This document shows positions 1-7,165 of a stretch of 55,265 bases of DNA, in pieces. Each line of letters begins with the position of its first letter. Positions within the stretch are counted from its first letter, which is position 1. The position numbers and the translations under genes were made by a program. Under the pieces are notes generated by a model. It was given only the letters and a program-made list of their open reading frames with translations, was not told the origin of the DNA and ran no database searches. Source of the stretch: a virus (Duplodnaviria; Caudoviricetes); IMG/VR virus record IMGVR_UViG_3300042523_000511, positions 1-55,265 of that record; one strand, given 5' to 3'.

Positions 1-756
1 CATTTGAGTTTTGGTGCCCATGGTCAACAAGCGTTGTTGCTTGATGTAACCCATTGTGGCTTCGGCTTGCGCAGTTCTATCCAGGCCCATCAGCTCCAGC
101 TGCACACGCTGTTCTCTGGTCAACGACCCCATGGTATCCTCAAAGGCCTTGCGACCTTTGAGAACTGAACCTCCAAACAATGCTAAATCTTTGGAATTTT
201 CATTTACAAGTTTGAGATACTCACCAAATTTTTCTGTGCCTAACCCAACTTTTTGCAAGCCGTCAAAAACATCCTGCATGCCACCAGCACCAGTGGCACC
301 AATTTTGGCCATGTCTTGATAGGCTTTAAAAACTTGATCAGTATGTCTTGCTACTTCAGCACCAGCTTCTAGTAGTTTACCGGTTAGCAATCCTAGGCCA
401 GCAACTAACGCTTTGACTACTGGTCCACCAGGAACCAGAATTGCCAAAAATGCACCTGCATATTTGGCAGCTTCGGCCATTTTTTCTATACTGGCAGCAG
501 CGGCCTGGTTGGCACTGGCACCTTTGTAAACTTCTTTGTTGTAGGTAACAAATGCATCAACCACTGCGCCGGTCGCGCCGGTCGCAGCGTCCATTTTGGA
601 TTTGAATCGAGAGGCAGCTTCGCTTGCTCCTTTTTCTTCTTGCGCAAGTCTTTTAGTTTCAGCAGACGCAGCAGCAGCGGCCTCAGACTGAAATCTTGTG
701 AAATCAGTAAGTTCACGAGTGGCATCGGCAAGTCGTCTTAATTCTTCTTCGGTCAT
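1..756 (-). CDS. Tape-measure-like protein, N-terminal part (runs off window; not in the ORF track)
   Basis: Hand translation from ATG at 756 stays open for 252 codons to the window edge (MTEEELRRLADATRELTDF...AGAFLAILVPGGPVVKALVAGLGLL...). Ala/Gly-rich helical composition with a hydrophobic patch; preceded by TATAAATA; next to hub-assembly genes. Confidence 0.65.
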   Translation of the reverse strand, partial: MTEEELRRLADATRELTDFTRFQSEAAAAASAETKRLAQEEKGASEAASRFKSKMDAATGATGAVVDAFVTYNKEVYKGASANQAAAASIEKMAEAAKYAGAFLAILVPGGPVVKALVAGLGLLTGKLLEAGAEVARHTDQVFKAYQDMAKIGATGAGGMQDVFDGLQKVGLGTEKFGEYLKLVNENSKDLALFGGSVLKGRKAFEDTMGSLTREQRVQLELMGLDRTAQAEATMGYIKQQRLLTMGTKTQM

Positions 757-767
757 GGTTTATTACC

Positions 768-775
768 TATAAGTA
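768..775 (+). promoter_or_regulatory. Late promoter variant (TATAAGTA) for the gp26-like gene
   Basis: One mismatch to TATAAATA, 23 nt upstream of the ATG at 799. Confidence 0.55.
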
Positions 776-781
776 GAAGTA

Positions 782-789
782 TATTTATA
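782..789 (-). promoter_or_regulatory. T4-type late promoter (TATAAATA) for the tape-measure-like gene
   Basis: Perfect gp55 consensus on the minus strand, 25 nt upstream of the ATG at 756. Confidence 0.75.
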
Positions 790-798
790 GGTAAAAAA

Positions 799-1641
799 AT
801 GACCCAATCTTTGAATCCGCTACGAGCGTTTTTCCGTCAACCTGCCATTTACGTTCGCTTGCCCAGTGATGGACAATTTTGGCCGCCAGGCAGCATAGAC
901 ATGCCAGTCAATCGAGAACTGCCAATTCTGCCCATGACTGCTATGGACGAAATTACCTATCGCACTCCTGATGCACTGTTCAACGGAGCAGCCATTGTGA
1001 GTGTGGTACAAAGTTGCATACCCAGCATTAAAAATGCCTGGCACATGCCCAACTGCGATCTCAACACTATTCTTACAGCTATTCGTATTGCTAGTTATGG
1101 ACCAATGATGGCAGTTGACACAACTTGTGAAAATTGTTCCACAGAAAATAATTTTGAACTTGATCTAAAAAATCTATTAGATACGTTGGATACACCAGAC
1201 TTTTCAGAATCTGTCAAGCACGGTGATCTTGAAATTTACTTCCAGTCTGTTGCGTACGAAAAGCAAACTGAAATCAACCTGTTGCAATTTGAACAACAAC
1301 GTGTGCTGGCACAGTTGCCAAATTCAGATCTAACTGAAGAACAAAAAACCAAAATGCTAAACGATGCTATTCAACAGATTACCAAGATCACAGTGAAAGC
1401 CATCAGAAGTAGTATTGTTGGTATCAAGACCCCGCAAGCTCTAGTGTCTGAACCAGATTTTATTGAAGATTTTTTAATGAATTGTGACCGTCAACTTTAC
1501 GGTGAGATTAGAGATCATGCAATTAAAATTCGTACCTATGACGAGTTTAAGCCAATAAAAATGACCTGTTCCAATTGCAAACATGAATACGAACAAAACT
1601 TTACTTTGGATACAGCAAATTTTTTCGGCGCCGCCTCCTAA
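799..1641 (+). CDS. gp26: T4 gp26-like baseplate hub assembly protein / tail chaperone
   Basis: LPS..., MTAMDE and DLNTILTAIRIASYG motifs plus two CxxC pairs (CENC, CSNC), typical of the T4 gp26 family; ends ANFFGAAS. Confidence 0.75.
   Translation: MTQSLNPLRAFFRQPAIYVRLPSDGQFWPPGSIDMPVNRELPILPMTAMDEITYRTPDALFNGAAIVSVVQSCIPSIKNAWHMPNCDLNTILTAIRIASYGPMMAVDTTCENCSTENNFELDLKNLLDTLDTPDFSESVKHGDLEIYFQSVAYEKQTEINLLQFEQQRVLAQLPNSDLTEEQKTKMLNDAIQQITKITVKAIRSSIVGIKTPQALVSEPDFIEDFLMNCDRQLYGEIRDHAIKIRTYDEFKPIKMTCSNCKHEYEQNFTLDTANFFGAAS
1617..1626 (+). other. Putative -1 programmed ribosomal frameshift site (A AAT TTT / T TTT TTC)
   Basis: Two overlapping X XXY YYZ heptamers in the gp26 frame. The -1 frame is open (KFFRRRLLTASAEQINE) into the ATG at 1668. 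Confidence 0.65.
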
Positions 1642-1667
1642 CCGCAAGCGCAGAACAAATCAATGAG

Positions 1668-1856
1668 ATGATTGAGGGCATGGAAAAGGAGGCCAATTCA
1701 ATTCGAGAAGAAGGATTCAAATTGGCCTGGCACATGCGTGGCGGCATCACTTACGAACAAGTATTACAACTCAGCAGCAACGAACGTGCAATGATTGCTG
1801 CATTGGCCAAAGAAAATATTGAAACTACCAAGAAAACAAACTTGCCGTTCTTCTAA
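1668..1856 (+). CDS. gp51-like hub assembly protein; probable frameshift extension of the upstream ORF
   Basis: 62 aa with WHMRGGITYEQVLQLSSNER, resembling small tail-chaperone C-terminal domains; lies in the -1 frame of the gp26-like ORF. Confidence 0.6.
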   Translation: MIEGMEKEANSIREEGFKLAWHMRGGITYEQVLQLSSNERAMIAALAKENIETTKKTNLPFF

Positions 1857-2356
1857 TGGATATTGAAACAGTCACTCAAGATATAGAAAACTGGATTGTG
1901 AACTTTGTAGAAGTTCCGCATCCTGCTCTTGGCGGCTGGGCACCGTGTCCATACGCACGCTCAGCACGCATGAAGAAAAGTTACGATGTGCGAATAGGCG
2001 TAGATCCCTACTTTGATTTGAAGAATCAAGCACGTTGGGGCATGGGCGATCGTGAAGTCATAATCTATGTGTACAATCCTGTGGCTTGGCCATATGAAAT
2101 ATTCAGCGGCAGTTTAAAAAATGCCAATCACGAACATCTCCTAAAAGCAGATATTATTGCACTCGAAGATCATCCTACAGATCAAGAAATAGTTAACGGT
2201 GTGTGCATGAACCAAGGCAAATATGCTCTAGCTCTAGTGCAAAGTCTTAGCGATCTAAACACCAAAGCAACAGTTATGGCTGAAAAAGGATTCTATCACA
2301 ACTGGCCAGAAGAGTATCTTACTGGGTTATTCCAACATCGCAAGGATCCAAGATGA
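1856..2356 (+). CDS. DUF1415-like protein
   Basis: W..NFVE...PCPYAR N-terminal motif and EDHP; TAATG overlap with the upstream stop. Confidence 0.5.
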   Translation: MDIETVTQDIENWIVNFVEVPHPALGGWAPCPYARSARMKKSYDVRIGVDPYFDLKNQARWGMGDREVIIYVYNPVAWPYEIFSGSLKNANHEHLLKADIIALEDHPTDQEIVNGVCMNQGKYALALVQSLSDLNTKATVMAEKGFYHNWPEEYLTGLFQHRKDPR

Positions 2357-2787
2357 GTTATCAGTTTGCCAGAATTGATCTAGCAAAAACAAACTATACA
2401 CCAAGTGTAAAGTGGAAGTACTTGCGTGACCCTGATATCAAACAGTTGAATTCTATCTATAGAGACTACTGCAAATACAAACATTTTGCAAGTGTGATGC
2501 CTATATTTGACAGTCGATACACAGATCCAATGACTGATGTGATTGGATATTATGATCAAGATCGGCTGGTTGCATTTAGTCTAATCCGACGCTACGACGA
2601 TCATAACGCACTGTGCGATCAATTTGCATGGAACTACAACAAGCCCAAGATGAGATTGGGCATTGAAACAATGAAAACAGAGTGTGCTATCTACAAGGAA
2701 CGTGGATTCCAATACTTGTACCTTGAACAAGCACACTTATACAAATCTAGCATGGCGGGATTTGAAATACTAGGACCACTGGAGTAA
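2353..2787 (+). CDS. GNAT-fold protein resembling the arginyl/leucyl-tRNA-protein transferase C-terminal domain (ATE_C)
   Basis: GYYDQDRLVAFS...WNYNKPKMRLGIETMKTECAIYKERGFQYLYL...YKS...FEIL follows the ATE_C pattern (LG..S...EI..A...G..Y.YLG...YK). Confidence 0.55.
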   Translation: MSYQFARIDLAKTNYTPSVKWKYLRDPDIKQLNSIYRDYCKYKHFASVMPIFDSRYTDPMTDVIGYYDQDRLVAFSLIRRYDDHNALCDQFAWNYNKPKMRLGIETMKTECAIYKERGFQYLYLEQAHLYKSSMAGFEILGPLE

Positions 2788-2789
2788 AC

Positions 2790-3134
2790 ATGGCAGACTT
2801 ATATACAATTTGGGCAGATAAAGAAGGTGACATCTCGGACCTTGATTGGGTTAACGGAATGAAAAGTTTCTTTGATCATTTGGTTTCAGAAGATCGAATG
2901 ATGGACTACAGAATCACTCGTTGCAAGATGGGATTCCGTTCAATCGCAGACATGCCTGAATGGATGATTATCATGGAGTTTCGAGACATGGCGCAAATGG
3001 ACTCAGCATTCAAACGAGTTGCACCACTCAAAGGCGAACTCGAAGAGAAACACAAGTCATTCAATCAGTTTGTTTCAGGTACAATACAACATGCACTGTT
3101 TAGAGATTGGCCAGATACTAACTTAGATGATTAA
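2790..3134 (+). CDS. DUF6614-like dimeric alpha/beta-barrel protein
   Basis: LYTIWAD...YRITRCKMGF...EWMIIMEFRDMAQMDSAF pattern. Confidence 0.5.
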   Translation: MADLYTIWADKEGDISDLDWVNGMKSFFDHLVSEDRMMDYRITRCKMGFRSIADMPEWMIIMEFRDMAQMDSAFKRVAPLKGELEEKHKSFNQFVSGTIQHALFRDWPDTNLDD

Positions 3135-3528
3135 AGACTTGCTACGCAAGTCTGTTGTTTTCGCTATCGCTCAACAACTAACTGTTTCTTGAATTAGTAT
3201 CATCTAGATACTGTGGTCATAATTCACCGTATGCACGGTGAATTGAATGCATCATCTGAGTGACCGCAGTCATCTATTCTAAAGAGATTGTGTTTGCACA
3301 CACGGAGGCGGTTGACCGGTACCCCCTACTCTAGCTTCACATATCAACGGAACCCTAGTAACTCGAAATAGATCCAAGTCCTACGAGCAGGGGTTGCTTT
3401 TTCTCATTGCCCCAACCATTTGCTGCCTTAAGTTAACAGTTGCCTTTGACGCCCAAGTCTGGACCGGGTATTGCACCGTTCCTCAATGGGGCTGAGCCAA
3501 ACACTCAGCACAGAGTCGTAATTTTTGC
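3135..3528. ncRNA. Candidate structured ncRNA and/or replication origin
   Basis: 394 nt without a called ORF in an otherwise gene-dense window. Stems at 3135-3153, 3154-3178, 3210-3219/3261-3270, 3221-3244, 3304-3326 and 3491-3509. Confidence 0.55.
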
Positions 3529-4542
3529 CTATTGAATGAGATCTAGAATAAAATCTGCGTAAAGTTTGTGTTGGGCTGGCCCTGGATGCTCACCATCATT
3601 GCCGTAATCTTCAAAAATTGTTTTAAAAATGTCGTTGTGATATTTTTGTTGGTATTGGTAGTGATGGTATTCAGGGAGAGTTGCAAGATATCTAATAGTG
3701 TTATCGCTAGGTAGTAGCCCAATTATGAGTAGTGTTGCTTGACATTTGTTGCAAAAGTTGATTACTTGTTTGATTGAGTATATATGCTTGTAAACTGTAT
3801 TTTGAGATAATAATGTTTTTTCAGGAACAATTGAGTTTAAATTTGGTATAATCTTGTAAGATTTAGCAGTGATTCCAGTAAGTAATTTGTTTTCATGCAC
3901 AAATGTTAATCTGTTAGCAGAAGTAATCCCCCACATAACAATATCACCTTTACGTATGTCTGATCGTAAAATTTGATCAGCTGCCCAATCTATAGCAGAT
4001 CCTGGTCTAGTTAAAAAACTGCATGGTATCTCTAATTTTTTAGAAATTAGATCTCCGTACCGTTCAGTTGGTGTTACTCCTATACCATGTGATATACTAC
4101 ACCCTACACACCATAACTGTGGAGTATCAACTATTCGCTGATCTACCAATGGAATAGGATCTGGCAAAAGTTTACTATAATCTAAATTTTGAACTTTTTG
4201 TTTGTCTGGCAAAATCAGCAACAAATGCTCTATTAACCCCTGCATACACGATGTCGGAAACACAGTATCAATGTGTTTGTTGTCAGTCCATTCTGTTGAA
4301 GGACAATAAATCACTTTGTCAGCGACTGTTAACAACTTCCATAAAATACCAATGTCTTTTGGCAAGTCTCCTGGCGATGTATACACAGTTGTGTTTTTTG
4401 ATAAAGCATTATTAAAAAAATCTTGATAGTTGTTGAAATCTAATAGAAAAGCCATCGGATCGTACTGCTGTGCAGAAACAGATACAGAGTCATCAGTATC
4501 TCCTACAAATACAGTTAGAAGATGATTTAATTTTTCCATCAA
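3529..4542 (-). CDS. SGNH/GDSL hydrolase-like protein
   Basis: Block I-like GCSISHG, PGS, and C-terminal DGEHPG (DxxH). First ATG is at 4539. Confidence 0.6.
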   Translation of the reverse strand: MMEKLNHLLTVFVGDTDDSVSVSAQQYDPMAFLLDFNNYQDFFNNALSKNTTVYTSPGDLPKDIGILWKLLTVADKVIYCPSTEWTDNKHIDTVFPTSCMQGLIEHLLLILPDKQKVQNLDYSKLLPDPIPLVDQRIVDTPQLWCVGCSISHGIGVTPTERYGDLISKKLEIPCSFLTRPGSAIDWAADQILRSDIRKGDIVMWGITSANRLTFVHENKLLTGITAKSYKIIPNLNSIVPEKTLLSQNTVYKHIYSIKQVINFCNKCQATLLIIGLLPSDNTIRYLATLPEYHHYQYQQKYHNDIFKTIFEDYGNDGEHPGPAQHKLYADFILDLIQ

Positions 4543-4552
4543 ATAAAATATT

Positions 4553-4981
4553 TTAAATTTTGTTTATAATGTGTGAGCCATGCACACGAACTTGAATATG
4601 GCCGTTATAATAATCTGTTGATTCTAATACTTTTCTTGTGAACTGTTCTCTTGCTTCAATGTACGAACATTCTGATTTTGATTTACAATAGTAAAGTATT
4701 TCTCTGGTAAAGTTTTCGGTGCCTAGTTTGATTACATCTGCGGTTAATTCTGGGCTTGACCCGTAGTACTCTCTCCAGTCTGAGTCGACCTTTGATCGTA
4801 TCTTCTTCCGCTTCTTTGTGCCGTTCTTTTGTTTGACTATCTTGTATGTTGTTTTTGAAAATTTTGCTAATTTTTTGCCTATGTACTTGCGTCCAGATAG
4901 ATTATTTGTGATCAAGTAAACAAATCCAACACATTCTTCGGGCAGTGTCTCAACTGGGGTGTCTTGATAAAGCCATGTCAT
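4553..4981 (-). CDS. GIY-YIG endonuclease (Seg-like, catalytic domain only)
   Basis: GFVYLITN...KYIGKK, YYGSS, E(AREQ) and YN motifs. Start moved from the track's 5026 to the ATG at 4981 (MTWLYQ). Confidence 0.85.
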   Translation of the reverse strand: MTWLYQDTPVETLPEECVGFVYLITNNLSGRKYIGKKLAKFSKTTYKIVKQKNGTKKRKKIRSKVDSDWREYYGSSPELTADVIKLGTENFTREILYYCKSKSECSYIEAREQFTRKVLESTDYYNGHIQVRVHGSHIINKI

Positions 4982-5041
4982 GTGTTTTTTGGGGTTGGTC
5001 CTTGCTGTATAATTATCCTCTATCAATAAATTTGTTAAATT

Positions 5042-7123
5042 TTATGCTATTTCTACATCTGTGTTATAGCTAGTAAAGCCATTTTCTTTGATCACTTTGA
5101 GAATGTTCTCTACCCTACTGGTAAGTTCATCTCTGTGACTCACAAGCCAAATACTTTTGTGACGTTCGCGACTCATCTTCTTTAACAGGCCCAAGGCATT
5201 CTCCACACCTTGTGTGTCCAAGCCGTTGTCAATCATCTCATCAATGAACAACAGATTAATGGGCGAGTACAAACTTTCCCATACATCGCGGAATGCCCAA
5301 CTCATTGAGAGTATCAATCGATTGCGTTCGCCACGACTCAGGTTGTCAAAGTCCAGTTCACGACCCAGTTCTTCAATGCTCACACTTAGATCGTTCATGA
5401 ACTTCACTGTGTGTGGCAAGCCAATTCTATCCAAGTAGTGTGTGAGGCGACTGTTGAGATAACTCAAGTTCTGATCAATGATCTTCTTGCGCACAAACGA
5501 GTCTTTTGAGGTCAGCAGTTTGAGCAAAAAGTCTTGGTGATCTTGCACTCTAGTGAGTTCGTTCAAGTGATCATAACTCACAACCTGCAGGGCCTGTTGT
5601 TGCATTTCAGTAATTTGTTCTGTGTAAGGATCGGTCTCTTGTGCTTTGCTATTGATCTGTGTTAGCAATGTGTTCATGCGACTGCGATGATCAATTGCCT
5701 GTGTTTCGGTATCATAATGTGTGACAGGTTGTGTGCCAACTTCTACAGGGGTGTGTTCCGCCAACTGTTCAGCATAGGGATCTGTTTCTGCACGTTTGGC
5801 ATCAATCTTGTGTTGAATGTTTTCCAACTCACTAGAATGTCGAATAGCTTCTGTTTCTGTTGCATAGTGTGTTGTGGGTTTGATTCCCAACTTGCCTAGT
5901 GCAGTCAACGCATCTGTATTTTCCATCCACTGAGTATTGATAGACAATGCTTGTAGCGCCGCTTCTTGCAAGGCTTTTTCTTTAGCAGCCAATACTGTTT
6001 CGTGATTGGTATCATGGAAGTCTTGCCCGCAAGCATAGCACTTGTGATTTTTTAACTCTTCAATTTCGGCTTTGAGTTTGTCGATGACCTTTTGTTCTTT
6101 GGCCTCGTCTGCCACACAACGAGCAATGTATTTTTCTAAGTCTGCAATGTCTTTGGCTTTTTGGATGTAAGCAGCCAAGTTGGTATGTGCTTGTAGTTCT
6201 GCTGTGATATCAATGTGACTGAGTTTGTTGTAGGTTGATTCTAACTCACCAATGTCTTTGTGTTGTTTTTGTTTCCAAGCAGTTTGTCGACCAACAAGAG
6301 CAGTATACGCATCTTGTTGTTGTTTTCTTGCAGACCACACGGCTAGATCTTTGTGAGCCAACAGTTCTACTTCTATATCAATCTTGGCTAGATCGTCATA
6401 CTGCCCAACTAGATAAGCCAAGTCACTGTCGTACTTCTTTTGCCAAAGCACTTGTCTACGCTTTAAACTTTCGATTTGTTCTTCAATGCGCTTGTTGGCT
6501 TCTTGTACAGCACGAATTCTAAACTCTTCAGACTGGATAGCATCTTTGGTCTGACGGTTGAGTTCTTTGATGCGGTCAGCTCGTTCGCTCAACAAGGTAA
6601 TGCCCAACAACTGCTCAATGATAGTGCGTTGGTCATTGGCCTTCAAACTTAAGAATGGTTCTGTGTAGGTGTTTAGCGCCAGCACATGTTTGAACATGTC
6701 ATGGCTCATGCCAATAATACGCTCTATGGCGTCTTGTGTCTCTCTTGAATCTCCTTGTGCTTCGTCTTCTGCGGCTTTGTGTTCGTTGTTGACATAGAAC
6801 TTGAGCACATTGGGTTTGCGCCCACGCTCAATCTTGTAGTCTGTACCGTTGATGTGAAAGTCTAAACTGACCAACATGCCTTTGGCATTGGTCTTGTTTA
6901 CTAGGTTGTCTTTGCGGATGTTTGATAGTGCTTGACCATACAAGGCATAACTTAAGGCATTGATGATTGTAGTCTTACCTGTGCCGTTTCTCGATCCATC
7001 GCCACCCAAGTCTAAGTTTTCACCTAGCACTAGTGTAAGGTCATTGCGGTCAAAGTCAATAGCCTGTGTGGCTGCGCCTACACTCATGAAGTTTTTAACA
7101 GTGAGATTGCGTATTTGGATCAT
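5042..7123 (-). CDS. gp46: gp46/SbcC/Rad50 recombination ATPase subunit
   Basis: Walker A GTGKTT, zinc hook CYAC, signature LSRGE, Walker B LLFIDE, H-loop VSH, long coiled coil. Confidence 0.95.
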   Translation of the reverse strand: MIQIRNLTVKNFMSVGAATQAIDFDRNDLTLVLGENLDLGGDGSRNGTGKTTIINALSYALYGQALSNIRKDNLVNKTNAKGMLVSLDFHINGTDYKIERGRKPNVLKFYVNNEHKAAEDEAQGDSRETQDAIERIIGMSHDMFKHVLALNTYTEPFLSLKANDQRTIIEQLLGITLLSERADRIKELNRQTKDAIQSEEFRIRAVQEANKRIEEQIESLKRRQVLWQKKYDSDLAYLVGQYDDLAKIDIEVELLAHKDLAVWSARKQQQDAYTALVGRQTAWKQKQHKDIGELESTYNKLSHIDITAELQAHTNLAAYIQKAKDIADLEKYIARCVADEAKEQKVIDKLKAEIEELKNHKCYACGQDFHDTNHETVLAAKEKALQEAALQALSINTQWMENTDALTALGKLGIKPTTHYATETEAIRHSSELENIQHKIDAKRAETDPYAEQLAEHTPVEVGTQPVTHYDTETQAIDHRSRMNTLLTQINSKAQETDPYTEQITEMQQQALQVVSYDHLNELTRVQDHQDFLLKLLTSKDSFVRKKIIDQNLSYLNSRLTHYLDRIGLPHTVKFMNDLSVSIEELGRELDFDNLSRGERNRLILSMSWAFRDVWESLYSPINLLFIDEMIDNGLDTQGVENALGLLKKMSRERHKSIWLVSHRDELTSRVENILKVIKENGFTSYNTDVEIA

Positions 7124-7128
7124 AGTTG

Positions 7129-7137
7129 ATTATAGCA
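7129..7137 (-). promoter_or_regulatory. Extended -10 sigma70 promoter (TGcTATAAT), probably leaderless, for gp46
   Basis: TGnTATAAT ends 5 nt before the ATG; no Shine-Dalgarno. Confidence 0.55.
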
Positions 7138-7165
7138 CAATACCATTGATTGGTCGACTGGATTG

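Noticed and set aside
56-731. Track ORFs 56-319 (+) and 486-731 (-)
   Set aside because: They are shadows of the longer minus-strand reading frame 1-756, which has a late promoter.
3486-3510. GGGGCTG resembling a tmRNA 5' end, and minus-strand GAGGAAC resembling RNase P GAGGAAAGUCC
   Set aside because: No T-arm/CCA acceptor end and no complete RNase P P4 consensus were found.
4553-4981. GIY-YIG gene as an intron-encoded homing endonuclease
   Set aside because: It is free-standing, interrupts no gene, has no group I P7 core nearby and lacks a C-terminal DNA-binding extension.
5042-7123. Intein explaining the long gp46
   Set aside because: No intein splice motifs are visible; the extra length is explained by coiled-coil duplications.
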